A DNA stretch of 64,000 nt. Origin: Camelus ferus. Taxonomy: Eukaryota. Below, in pieces: positions 13,914-27,500 of the stretch. The notes beneath the pieces were generated by a model, which did no database searches, was not told where the DNA came from, and saw only the letters and a program-made list of their open reading frames with translations. The stretch lies in NCBI RefSeq assembly GCF_009834535.1, contig NC_045696.1:79238001-79302000 (forward strand), given 5' to 3'. Within the stretch, counting starts at the first letter, position 1, and each line of letters opens with the position of its first letter. The position numbers were made by a program, and so were the translations under genes.

Positions 13914-14372
13914 GAACATTACTCAGCCATAAAAAAGAGTGAAATAATGTCATTTGCAGCAACACAGATGAACCTAGAGATGATTACATTAAGTGAAGTA
14001 AGTCAGAGAGAAAGACAAATATCATATGATCACTTATATGTGGAATCTAAAAAAATGACATTTTATTTACAAATGCAAAATAGATTCAGACATAGAAAAT
14101 AAACCATGATTACCAAAGTGGAAAGGGTGAGAAAGGGATAAATCAGGAGCTTGGGATTAACAGATAAACATAACTATATGTAAAATAGATCAATGACAAG
14201 GACCTACTGTATAGCACAGGGAACTATACTGAATTTCCTGTAACAACATATAATGGAAAAATATCTGAAAATATATATATTTATATGTATATGTATAACT
14301 GAATTGCTTTGCTGTACATCTAAAACTAACATGGTAAATCAACTACACTTCAATGAAAAATAAAATTAAAAA
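13601..14372 (+). mobile_element. L1 3' fragment (ORF2 C-terminus and 3' UTR), with (AC)17 at 13878-13911
   Basis: aatgctggagagggtgtggagaaa...cagccactatgg...gcactatttacaatagccaagacatggaaacaacctaaatg; A-rich tail. Confidence 0.92.
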
Positions 14373-14942
14373 TATAGAAAAACCAAGAAAAAGGAGAAGA
14401 ATTTAAATGCTTATGGAGTAAGTAGTTCAAGGAAAGACTTTAGAAAGAAAAAAAAAAAAAGCCCTTATAAGACATCCTGGCAGGTGAAATGAAATGACAG
14501 AATGTGCTTACGGAGACGCAGTGAAAGTGGGGGAGGATACCGAGGGTCGTGGCACCAGGTCACGGGAAGGTGGGGGGAGTCTTGCCTCAGTCTCTTATTG
14601 GGGATTCGTCAGAGGGAGGAAAGGATCATTTGAAAGCAAACCAAACCTAAAAGCAAAATCTAAGCCCTCATTGTTTGTTTGGAACAAAGACGAGAAACTG
14701 ACACTGGTTGAAGAGGAGACTCGCTTCTCCATTAAAAAAATCAGTAATGGGACTAACTTACTACATTTGCATAGGCTGTCTCAGGGACAGAGGGCAGGTG
14801 CGGGAGGACCTTCAGCTGTGTCTGAAAAGTACTACTGTTGTGCTCACAATCTATACATCCAAGGGCTAAGAGCTAGTCCCTCTCCTGGGGTTCTTTCCTT
14901 ATGTATTTATATTTCACAAACCAGTTTTGCTCATTTAATTCT

Positions 14943-15071
14943 TTTTTTGGGGGGCTGGGTGGTGGGGGAGGTATTTAGATTGATTGATTGATTGATTGAT
15001 TGACTTAATGGAGATACTGAGGATTGAACCCTGAGGCATGCACTCTACACTGAGCTATACCCTCCCCACCA
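14943..15071 (-). mobile_element. tRNA-derived SINE of camelid (Vic-1-like) type with internal (CAAT)n and perfect 14-bp TSD
   Basis: Minus strand GGGGAGGGTATAGCTCAGTG (A box)...GGTTCAATCC (B box)...TACCTCCCCC, A tail; gctcatttaattct at 14929-14942 and 15072-15085. Confidence 0.85.
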
Positions 15072-16569
15072 GCTCATTTAATTCTGATGGAGAATTTCGC
15101 CTGGTTGATTGTGGGTGGTCTGTTTGTTTGTTTGGATTTTTGTATTTTTACCCCAGCTGCTTGTTTAAATGACTTATTTTGCTTTTAATTATCTTACAAC
15201 TTTTAAAATTATTTCAAAATATTTAATGTCTTTTTAATATTTAACTTAGTAAATGCATGGGGAAAACCAAAAACTACAAGTGCATTAGCATGAGAGGTAT
15301 ATAGAGGCCTTTGCTGAAATCGTTACTCTACATGTCACCACAAATATTCTTTTTCTTAATATCTTGTACTCTTTGGAAATACAACTTATCAAAATTTGTG
15401 CTAGTAGTTTCATTTATTTATTTAATGCCAATCTTCCTACCCACTGTCAGGTCCAGAAAGGAAGAACTGAGTCTGATTTTTTTAAACATTGTGAACACAG
15501 ACCCCTCCAACTACCAGGAACCTATACGGGCACTTATCAAATATTTGTGGAATTAATGAATGAATAAGTGAATTACTGAGTTAAGATGATGGCCTCTGCT
15601 CTGAAAAGGAAATGAAATATCTTTTTGTTTATGGACCAGTTAGTTGCAGTCCTTTGAGAGTCTGAAAATAGTCATTCAGTTCTGGCCCCAGAAAAACAGT
15701 TTGACTAGAAATGAGGAAGATTTTTCTTCCATGTTCTGAGGTCTTATTCCAAACATCACTGATCTTAATGAAATCATAAACCATATTCTCCCAAGTTCCT
15801 CCCAGAATTAATTAAAAAAATTACTATCTTTTTTTTTCTTTAGGACAACTCAGAACTTACATGAGGTTATATTAGTAACACAGAAACTCAAATAAGGACA
15901 CATCATAGTACAGTCATTTATTACAATTTCTTATGTTGGTCAGTCTCTGGAATAATACTGATCATGTTGATCTACACTCCTCAATGCAAGAATTCAACAG
16001 CGCTCTCCATAATGCTGGCTTAATTCCTTCCATTTTCAAAAAGGAAGGGGAAATTGGCAAAATCCCTGTGTTGCTCTTCATATAGAAGACAGATTCCCAC
16101 ACTCACCTGAGTCAGGCAATGGTTAGAGTATCCCCCAATCTTCTACTAGCAAAGTATCTGTCTCATTCCCTGATGTTACCAAGCATCTCACCTGAATGAG
16201 GCACGAGCCATGATTCCTTTGTATCCACAGCAGAATGTCAACTTTGATCAAGGCCTAGGCCTACTCAACACACTTTTTAAAACGCAAATGGAATTATGTC
16301 ACTTATCTGTTCAAGGCCCTATCATTGTTTCTCTTTGTTCCTAGAAGTCCTAAATCTTTAATGAGGTGCCGCGTGGCCTGCTGGCTGTTTCCCGCTTTCC
16401 GCGACACTACTCACCCCTTACTCAGAGCATTGCAGCTGGATTTGCTGATGTCTTTTATCATGCCAAGCTTCTCTCTTCCTCTGGCTTTCACCCAGACTTT
16501 TCTGTCTGCCTCAAACTCGACCTCCTCCTCCCCATCAGAGCAATACCTATTGACTATTCAGAACCACTT

Positions 16570-18215
16570 TAAATTTATTTAATAAATATTTTCTGAGCAA
16601 ATACCATGTGCTAGGGACTATGTTAAGTTTCAGAGAGCCAGACAATAATAATACAAAAAATCCAAATGTAAATAGGAAATGATTGGGTATGAACAATGTA
16701 ATGCAGAGAATTTTTAAAAGTAGATGCCTTGTAACATGGTGGCTCTTCTTAGAGTGGATGAACATGGGGAGTCTCTCTGAGAAGATATTTAAACCAAATC
16801 AGAAGAATAAGGGACTGGCCCCACAAAGATCAAGGGCAGAAGGAACAGCAATTATAAAATCCCTAAAGTGGAAATGAGTTTGGTATATATCATGAGCAAA
16901 AATGGCTGGAGCAGAAAGGAAGAGCATTTTGCGATGAACTGAGGCACACAGGTACTAGAAAGAGGTACAGGTACTAAGAAATACAGATACCTAATCATGC
17001 AGGGCTGTGGCAGGCAGGTCAGGGAAGGAGTCTGATTTTTATTCTCAGTGAACAACGGGGAAGCCAGTGTCAGGTATTAAGTAGAAAGTCAGCTGGTAAA
17101 ATTTCTGTTTTAAAAAAATAATTGATTTTGCTGTATGGAGACTGGATTATAGGTAAGGAGCAAAAGTGAGAGAAAGAAATAACGTAAGAGATTCAAGGAA
17201 ACTTGGCTTAGTTTGGCAAAGGGGGAAATGAAAAGGAGATAGATCCAGGATGGATGCTGGAGCAATTCAGCAGGAGAAGCTGATGAACTGGATGTTCAGA
17301 ATCAAGGAAAGACACATCAGGGGGAAACTTTATAGAGATTTTACTTGATCATCCAGATGGATGACAGTGCCAATGCCACAGGAAAAGTGTTGTATTAAAG
17401 AGAAGACTGTCCGGGTTAGGATCCCACCTCTGCCACTTAGCACTGTTTGCCCTGGGTGACTGTGAATAAGTTACTTAGCCTTCTACTCATTTATTTCTGT
17501 TTTTATAAAACTGGGGAAGTAACAACCCTACCTCATAAGGTTATCATGGGATTTAGTAATGTAAGCCTTGGATTCCCCAACAAGTAGCCAAAAAAAAAAA
17601 AAAAAAAAAAGACCTATGTAAACTGCTTAAAACAGCTTTTGGACTGTAATCTTCAATGAATGTGGTTATTATTATTATTATCACTATTGTGGCAATTATT
17701 AGTATAACCTAGATGCGGAGAACAATGAAATACGCAGGCCTCAGAAAATCAACATGTATTAGCCATTAAGTTCGAGCTAGTCATTAGTCATCCACATGGA
17801 GGTGTTGGTAGCAGAAGTACACACGAGTTTGATGTTCTGAGGAATAGTCAGTCACGAAGATACAATTTGGAAGTCACTTCTATACAGATGGTATTTAGAG
17901 CCATGCATAAAATTCCCTAGGGAGATATTGTAGAGAGAAGGGAAGGGAGCCAAAATGCTGCTTAATAGCAGTTTGACATTTAGTTATCAGGATAAGAGAG
18001 GAGGAGCTAGCAAAGGAGGCAGAGAAGGAGCAGATAGTGAGGTAGGAGGAAATTCCGGGCTGATGCCAAGAAACAAGCATGCCAAAAAGGGACTAGTTAA
18101 CTGTGTCTGGTGCTGTGGAGAGATGAAGTAAGGTAAGAACAGAGAAGTGACCAACGGAATCGACAGTCTTGAAGCCTTTGGGAATCTTGACAAGGCCTTT
18201 CTCAGTAAGGTGTAA
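16570..18215 (-). mobile_element. Long L2 fragment interrupted by a MIR
   Basis: atttaataaatattttctgagcaaataccatgtgctagg (reverse L2 3' end), purine-rich L2 antisense body, gaggaggagctagcaaaggaggcagagaaggag. Confidence 0.7.
17385..17700 (+). mobile_element. MIR SINE nested in L2, containing an A21 tract
   Basis: atcccacctctgccactta...aagttacttagcctt...cctacctcataaggtt. Confidence 0.7.
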
Positions 18216-18224
18216 GAAATGGAA

Positions 18225-18535
18225 ACTTGAATGTCACCTCCTCTGGGAAACCTCTTCTGAGTGTCTAGAACAGATTAGCTTCCTCCTCATTGCATTTGTC
18301 ATTTCTCTAGCACTTATCATAGAGGTAACTGTAAAGAAACTCAACTTGGCACTAAATCATTATCTATGTAAAGGATATCACTTCCATAATTATTCATTTG
18401 TTTCCTATTGTCCCTAACAGTTAGTAATCTACTGCAGCAGGATCACACCTACACTCAACAGCTAGCCGAATGTCTGATACTGCTCAATTTGTATAGAATG
18501 AATGAATGGCTAAACGAATGAATTAATGAATGACA
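18225..18535 (+). mobile_element. L2 3' end
   Basis: aatgtcacctcctctgggaa...gaatgaatgaatggctaaacgaatgaatt. Confidence 0.55.
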
Positions 18536-21500
18536 CTACATGACTGTACCTAAAACACATTTTTTCGAAACAAACTTCTCTTAACTAACACCCACACTAA
18601 CTGACATGCTTACTTTCAGGCTTCCTAAGTTTTTGGCATAACTAAATATTGCTCTTATTGCAAGCCACCTGAAAGCATTTTGGAGGGAGCAGGTAGAATA
18701 AAAATAATGAACAGTCCACTTTGCACTGTATCATTATCTATCTAAAGTTTCTTTTTTCCAAAGGACAAACAGTATCTCCACTCCGGGAGCTCATTTTAGC
18801 ACTCAATCTAAAATTGATTACCACCTGGCCCTTATTAAAACTCAGCTGACACAACTGGTATTTGAGAGAAGAAATCTATGGACCAAGTTAACCATCCATT
18901 GCATTAAATTGGTTTTTAGCTCTATCCTATTGTAAGTGAAATCACCAAATATCTTACTTGAATTGCATTTGGTTAGCTCTTTGCTGAAATGACACTGTAG
19001 AAGTTGTGGGCATTTATTATTATGTTCTTGGCTTTTCAGAGGGTTAATATATAATTGTACACTGAGAATACTTTGGCAACTATAAAGATCATCACACTAT
19101 TTCTATATTGTTTAGTCTTCCAAATAAAAACAATTCATGATAAATTTCTTTATAATATAGGATGAGAAAAAACCTTGTGTATTCTTTTCTGAAATATATG
19201 TTTTCCTTATTTGATAATAACAATCATGAAATTCAATACATTATCCCTTTTACTTTGCTTCTGGGAAATTGAGGTATACTTTTATGTTCAACTGCAGTTA
19301 ATATATTCATAACCTTCGTTTCTGCATCTTTTCTCTATAGTATAGGGATTCATATTCAATATGAATTTTGCAACCTTATATATGTATTTGTCACAAATTA
19401 CCTGCACTTTTTTGAAGCAGCAAGAGTATGAATAAATAAAAATAAAAAGAATGTCCTTCCCTCTTCTCTTCAGTTAATCCCAGAGATAATCCATTCTTCA
19501 TGGTTTTGCTCAAATATTACCAATTCCATGACGACATCTTTGACTCTCCTAGGACAAACTGTCTCTCTCTTCGACTACCCAAGAACACTTTTGGATGCAT
19601 AGTAGGATATTATCATCTTATAATATTTAATATTTGATTATATATTACTTTCAGATATTAGGTCATGTTTAGAGTTTGTTTAAGAATTAGAGCCAAACAG
19701 AAATAAAAACAATGCAAAAACAAGAAAAAATTATGACAAAACATTGTGCCACTTGAGAAATGAATATGCTTTCTTTTTTGAATCATGACCATTACCTAGA
19801 CTTTGCCAAATCTCCTTGATGCTAGGTTGCCTAGACTCCAATATGAATCTTGATCATTGAATTCATATCAGTCCCTCTGATAGTCCATACTTCCTTTATT
19901 TCTGCATTGTTCTGATTCTTCTTTTTATATATCAAGTGACCATGTACACACAAATCAATTATAAATACAAATTATTATAAAACATGAAGTAGAATATCAA
20001 TTACTATTCTCTTTCAGAGTATTTATTTTTACCCTCAATTAGACTGAAAACTCTTTAAAGATACAGACTATATGGTTCTTACTTTCTATCCCTCATAGAA
20101 GATGTATATTGCTGGAAATAAATGTTATATATTTGATGACTAACCACACAGAAGTTATATTTATTTCTGTCATTTGTCTGATGATGCCTGAAGCATCATT
20201 ATTGCACACATATTTAGTTGTAAGAATTAACAAGTCTCAATAACCATTTCTAACAGAGGAAATATAAATTTAGGTGTTCCTTAAAATTGATATGCAGTAA
20301 TGTTAAAGGAAGTGGATCAAGTTTAGCCTTACATGGCATTATAAAGTTAACTAAACGTAATTCTTCAAATGCAACTAGTAGATGGACCAGCACTTCAATT
20401 ATTTTTTCCCATGGATGGGGTAGAGACTTTAGGTTACTAAGTAAAATATTTAACTAGACCCTTCACTAAAAAGTTGCCAAATATCTAGAGATATCAGTAG
20501 CTCTGAAATCTTTAAAATAATTTTTTCTAAAATAAATCACATGTACTTTAATTATGAATGCATAATTACCTCTAAAATATCCATATCAAAATAAAAATGC
20601 TTATTAAATTTCTATCAGATAAAAATCTTATGTTTCCCTAAGTTAGATCTCCACAGAGATACTTTTTTCTTTTTCTCTAAAAAACAAAAAATCATAAATT
20701 TATTTTAAATTTAAAGAGATGGCTGAAACACATTTTTAACACCAAATTTTTTTCATGTTTAAGATTTAAAAACATATTTGGATAGTTCAATTTTCAAAAA
20801 TATTAATTGTATAATATCTCATCGTAAGAGGAAGCAATTTATTTCATATTCCCTTTCAATTCCTGTCCGTAAGTATACACGCTTATCCTATTTACAATCA
20901 TAACATTTAATACTATTTTCCTCTTTTAAGAACACATAATCAAAGCATTTCTCACTGTTTCCATCAATAATTTTTTATTTTTATTTTTATTTTAACTATG
21001 CTAGAATATGAAAAATAACTCTGTTAATAATTATTTAAAATATATTTTAAAGGACTATTTAACAGTCTATTAGATAACAAAGGATGAAGAGTTAAACCTG
21101 GCTGAGGACAAGGAATGTATATAACCAAAAGTGAAAGGAAGCCTAAATGTTTACCAAAGGAAGTGTAAGGCTGACTGAGATGCAGTTACAGAGAACTCTA
21201 AGATGAAACTGGGGAGTGAGGTTAGCAGGCAGAGTCCTGTATCCCCTTGCCTTTATTTTTTTCCTGACCTTATTGCAGTTTTCCTTATCACCATCAATAG
21301 CCACTTCAACGCAATGATAGTGATAGTCTACGTTACCACTTCACAGGAAACCACAAAAGGGTCTTGGTTGAGAAAACAACTCCAACCTATTCCCAGCTTC
21401 TTCAGAACATTGCTTCCATAGGAGGTGCTTTTTTCTTCTATGCTACTTCTACTTTGTAATGAACAAAATATTTTTTTTAACCTGAACTACTTTAAACTGG

Positions 21501-24351
21501 AACCTTGGCTACTCAATAGCTGTATGAGTTTTTTGACAAAAACATTATCATGTTTTTAGTTATTGCTAAAACAGACAAACCAAAAAGTTTGTAATATTTT
21601 TCTTCCCAGATGACAAATTCAAATCAACACTAATTACATTACCTGTTTCAGACATCCTGATTTTTCCTGTCAGTCATTCGAGGGCAAGAGTCTTATAATT
21701 AGCAAATTTGTATACTGGACCCCAAAGTTCATTTTCTTAACGCCAAAACATCCAGACCAAAACACAGCTCAGGATTTCCTCTAGCATGGGATCAAATACT
21801 GTTTTCTACTTAATGTTCAAAATTCTTCCAAGTGCCACCTAAAGAGCAATACTTTTGGATCTCATACCCGAGAACCTTGGCTTACCTTGTTATTGTTAGA
21901 CAAATTATTAACAACGAAAACCCTACGGTCTTTAATGTTGTAGTTCTCCTGGTAGATGAGCTGTGGATCTGGTTGTGGTATATCACACATGACAAGTGAG
22001 CTGAAACATATGTTCTAATAATTTAATTTTTCATGAATTAATTCATTTAAATACGTTGTCACAAGGTCCAACACATGTTTCACAAGTCACCAAAATACAT
22101 CTTTTCTAGAACTAAGGTCCCAAAACACACCTAAAAACATTTCATGAACAAAGTTTTATACTTTTTCTAGTTGAGAGGAGGTCTATAAAGGACAGTTGAT
22201 ATTTAGCAGCGTTTAAGAGGAACAAAGGAACCAACTAAAGGTCAAATCCTAAACTGCAGGAGAACCAGAAAAAAATATTTAACGTTGGAAAATGCATCCA
22301 TCATCAGCACCAACACTGCCTGCCATTATAGAGACCAAGTCACTGATTGAGTTCTTCATTTTTTAACTGGTTGATCATTTGTCCTGTAAGTCAGTCATTT
22401 AAAGTGTGGCATTTAAAGACAGGATATAAGCTTGAATAGGATTCAAACTGGATCAGAGTCAGGTTCCCATCAGTTCTGAATACATTTTGTTTTTTTAATG
22501 CGCAAACCTTATACTAACATAACAACACAGTTCATTTTATGAGATCTTACTTAATGTGAGTACAACCGAGAACAGAGTTAGGCAGCATAACGTGTGGCCA
22601 AAAGATTTTTTTAAATAAAACAAATTTATATGAGTAAATGGATGAAACACTGTTACCACAATTTGGCATTTAATTTTCAATTTACAATCGGCAAACTAGT
22701 CACAGGATTTTCCATTTGAGAAATTTAGAAAGATAGGAGAATAATAATCATTAAAAACAACTTAGCTATAGCTATAAATGCTATAATTAAAGTTAAATGC
22801 ATTAAAGATAGTGAAGGTCTTCATATTAAAATCTTGCCTAAGAAACAAATGACAACACTACATTATTTAAGAAGATTAATTTAAGAAGATTATTATGAAC
22901 ATCTCTCTATACGTCTTCCAACAGAGAGAATATTCATTAGTAGGAAGGCATTCATCTCTACCCACTGAAATTATAAGAACATCTGAAGCAATGTATGATT
23001 AGACATGATGGGGAAACTAATGTGTACTTGAATAATGCTACAGAAATGTTTTATACCTGTATTGAGAGAATGCATCTATTGTATTGTCCACCATACTCCA
23101 AATTTAAACGAGCAAACTAGAAAAAGATCAGGATTTCACTTTGCACGGCTAACATACCTCCTTCCCCAAGACACACAAACTTGATTAATGAAATTATTAC
23201 CTTTTATATTTTGAGACTGGTATAAACACAGGATTATGATTCCATAGAACAAATTAGAACAATAATAACTAATACTGAGAAGAAATAAACCGATTCTCAA
23301 TAGGTAAAATAAAAGATATTAACAATTATTATAAAGGATAATATAATTTGAATTCCCTTTTCAAAATATTTCAGAGTAAAGAACGAGTCAGCTGTCTCTT
23401 TGTGCCCAAACAGCATAATAAATTATTACTTTTTAAATGTATAATAAGGGATAAGAGTTTGAGGTCAATTAAGATTTAAAAATAGCATTTTGTGATAAAT
23501 TGTACTCTAAGCAAATACGTTTAACTAAAATGCCACAGATATTGGTGTTTGATTAAATTATATAGTTATTTCACTCTCTAAATTGTGAAAATATTATAAA
23601 AAGTAAACTTATACAAGTAGAAAGGCAAGTTTATCTTTTAAAAATTGATTATTACAGAAAACAATATACCTATTTCAGAATACTTGATAATGTATTTTAA
23701 ATAATATTTCTCTATACTTCTCTTCAAAACTAAAGATCTCCAGTTTGATTTTGTTTTATGTGTGTATACATTATCAAACTGAACCCTTTGACACTTTATG
23801 AAATCAATGCATGTTTTCCAAACCAAATAATTCAATCAAAATGCATTTAAACAAAATATTTCTAATTACAATTGATAAATTAAAAAAAAGAAACAAACCT
23901 ACACAGCAATGGCAAACAATCATTCCCCAAAGCTAGTCAATACACATATTCCTGAAGAGGATATACACTTGTTTCTACATTCATGGCAAACCTCAGGCAA
24001 CTTTATAGCACCATAAAAAAGAAAAGCAGAAGAGAGGAGAATCTGCCCAGGGACTAATTCTTCTTAAAACAGGCCCTGCCACTGTTGCCTTTTGCAGTTC
24101 TACATAGCCAAGCTAAGAGAAGCATTCCTCAACACTGTGAACAATTCATTACCTTTTACTTTTAAATATTAAAATCAAAACTTTTATCAAATTATTTATG
24201 AACATTTATAGAAATTATTGAAAATATCAAAAATTTTGGCTCAAAGTCAGCAAACATAGATCAATGAGTGAAAGAAAGCAAAGCAAAACAATTCAAAACA
24301 AAACTAACACATACTTCATGGATTGATGGTGAAACAAGAGAAATTTCTTAC

Positions 24352-24504
24352 CAAGTACTCCAAGTCGATAGTTGACTGTGATGACGATCACATTGCCATA
24401 ACTTGCCAAGACACTCCCATCATATAAATTTCCAGTCCCTTCCATATATGAGCCACCATGGATATACACCATCACTGGTTTGGGACCCCCACTGTCCCGA
24501 ATAT
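24352..24504 (-). CDS. NLGN1: NLGN1 153-nt coding exon, cholinesterase-like ectodomain: (D)[50 protein letters not shown](G)
   Basis: Acceptor TTTGTTTTTCAG| (AG at 24506-24505), donor CTTG|GTAAGA (GT at 24351-24350), phase 1-1. HGGS and NYRLG carboxylesterase-fold motifs. GGPKP and NLYDGSV match NLGN1 rather than NLGN3/4 (NMIDGSI), from recall. Confidence 0.97.
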
Positions 24505-27500
24505 CTGAAAAACAAATGGTTGGCAATTGTTCTTATCCTCAAAAAAAAAAAACATAATGAAGCAGAGAATATATTTTCCATTTTAGGGACAAAAGGGTAT
24601 GATTTCAACATAGTTCTTTAAATTGCTGCCTTTGTTAAAGTGTTTCTTAAGCAACTCATATTAAAAAGCTACTGTGGAAGAGAGCAATAGATAATCACTG
24701 CTTTCTACCTAAACTTTTGTTAAAATTATAAACTAAATTTCAAAACTTGGACAAATTAGAAGTAGGTGTGAATGTTAGTGCTTTTTTATTGATTCCTGAT
24801 GTGACAGTAGAATGAAAAGAAATAATACAACGATAATGATTCTTAAAATTTCTTTTTACAAATATCACAGATGTCATATGAATCTCACATTGAACCATAA
24901 ACTAAGGACAATGATATCACTGCTATTGTGAATAAAACACTCTGCTTTTTCATTTCTTATTTTTTAATGAAGATTTGTATTGAATACATCATAGTTACAT
25001 TGAATAATTTACGTTCCAATTTGTGAACATAATTACATCACTGTGTTAGAGAAGTTGCAAGAAGTTTCATTTAACTATTCAAGTGCTGTCAGATGAATAT
25101 TTAGGTAGTAGAGTCCACACATCTATATTTCTGTCTTTGTTGCATTTAGGGGACTGTCACATAAATTATATTTTTCAGTTAAGTCCAGGTCATCTGCTCA
25201 TTCCAACCATCTTTACTCGTTGGAAAAAGAAGACAGACTAACATATATTTCACCCTCTTTGTGTAACTATTGTACTTCTAGCCCCACTTTGGCTCTAAGA
25301 GTTTGACATGTAGACATGAAATAGAATATAGCTAAGTCCAAGTGTAAAGTGACAAAGTTCAAGGTGACATTGAAGTGATTTCTACAGTTCTAGATTTTAA
25401 TCAGCAAAATCTAATTTTGCTCTTCTAAGATGCTTTACCCCAATTATGTAGTTTTCAACAAGGATCTAGGAATAATACATAAGAGAAACAGGAAAATTTT
25501 GATTGGTATTAAAAATGTACTAATTTCTAGAGAAAAATGCTAAACTGTATATTGATGAATGTGGTTTTAACTATTATATAGACTAAAATATTATATGTGT
25601 ACATATATTCTATGATTATGAATATATATACATAAAACATTACTATTATGTAATAGTCTATGACTTCTACCCACAATTGAAACAAAATTACATCCAGTGT
25701 ATTATTTTTTTAATGCCAATATTAAAAGTATCATTTAGAAGTATGGCTTTGTTCCTTTGCTTTTGACATTTTTTATCAAACCAATCTCCTACATCATTAT
25801 GATTGAGGTTTCAGCTTTCACAATGGATTAATATGATACAAACTCATCAAAAAAACTGGTGATAATTTAGAGGCTGCTTTACATTTCCTGCAAAAAAAGA
25901 GATGACTAATGTACATAGTTCAATTTTTCTACTATAATAATAAAGTGATTTCTTTCAATGAAAAATCACTTTAAGATCAAGAATTTCAGCTCAACTTGTT
26001 TGTCTATATTTTCAAGTTATGGAAAATAGCTAATGACAGAATTTAGGGACTTTTTTAAAAGTCTACTTTAAATTTTGCTTAATACTTAATACCAATGTAT
26101 ATATTTATCATAATCTGCCCCCTCCTGGAAGGGTGTACTTAAGAAGAGTATCTTATTTGTAAGTGGTGAGAGGAGGACAGTTTGACATAAAAACTATCCA
26201 CCAGACACAGCTACATTTACTGGAAAAACCTAAATTTATTGTCTCTTTAAATCCTTGGGAGGGAAAATGATATTCATTCATTTGTTAAGATCTGGGGACT
26301 TGTGGAGATGTTGGGCTTACAGAGAGAAAACAATCCTTCTGAAATTGTCAAACTCTCCTTAAATGCCTGGTTGCTGCATACAGTTTTAGCTTATTTTTCT
26401 AGTATGCTGGCACTGAAGAAGCAATAATAAATTATTAAACTGAAGTCATTAACTGACTGTTCACAGCAGACACTGTACTCTGCTAATTGTATGCTTGGAG
26501 GTAGCACAGAGGGAGGCTGTTTCAGAATTCTTCTTTAATTAAAATTACATAGAATTACACAGTACCAACTGTGAACAGTAATGAAATCTTGGTAGAACCA
26601 TTCTGTTCACCTGGAAAACAATACAGGCACACACTGAAAAGAACTGCCACATTTTATACCTACCAACAGAATGAAGAGGACATTGTCAGGAAACACTGAA
26701 AATATGACAGTAGATTCTAGGAACTATTCTGAATCGTATCTTGATTTTCCTTTGAAAATTAAACTTGAAAGGATTACTGATCGTTTGGGTTGATTTTAAT
26801 TTCCAATTTGTCCTTCCAGACTTCTCTATGATTTCAACTTTCTCTAAGAACTTAACATATCCAGCAGTTCTTTTCCAGAAAGTTCTCTAAAATTCTAATA
26901 ATGTGTTTTGAACAGTATTTCTTTTTGATTGAAGTAATCCTAAAGTTAATGCTATATGGAGTATTAATTACCAAAATAGGTATAATTTTTATGCATACCA
27001 GCTCTTAATATCGCTAATAAAGTTTTGGACATGCCATATTTGTATTACAAAACAAATGGAATTATTTAATAGTGTTTTATCAGAGTGGTCCACCGTAGAC
27101 TTTACTTTTGATAGTGTTTATCAACCTCGTGTTATCAAATATACTGCTGATAAGGTCTGTCTTAGACCTAACTTTTCTTCTTGGTCTACTGTTCTTGTTG
27201 ATATAAAAATAAATAGAAAATAGTGTAAATATAATAACATAATAATAATATATTACAATAAATGTAAATAGTTCAAATTACAGCTATATTTACTTTGGTT
27301 TTAGAAAGAACCAGACTCTATAAATGAAATTGATACATCAGATAGCCTACTATTGAATACTATCTGCTAATGCCATCATTTTAATAAAAAAATTTGGGGA
27401 GCCGCTATGTCTTTGTGCAAATATATTAGAGGTAGTAACTTATAATAAATGTATTAGAGCCCTATTGTCCCTCTAAACTTTGTCTCACATTTTCCCCTAG

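Noticed and set aside
14494..14991. 165-aa ORF
   Set aside because: No recognisable domain, runs into a SINE, explained by locally higher GC.
15025..15071. tRNA gene
   Set aside because: A and B boxes are present, but the spacer is too short for a cloverleaf and there is a tail and TSD, so it is a SINE.
24293..24526. 77-aa ORF as a stand-alone gene
   Set aside because: It is the 153-nt NLGN1 exon read through into both introns; start and stop are intronic.
25941..25973. Imperfect hairpin taaagtgattt...aaatcacttta as pre-miRNA or MITE
   Set aside because: Too short and AT-rich; compatible with chance.
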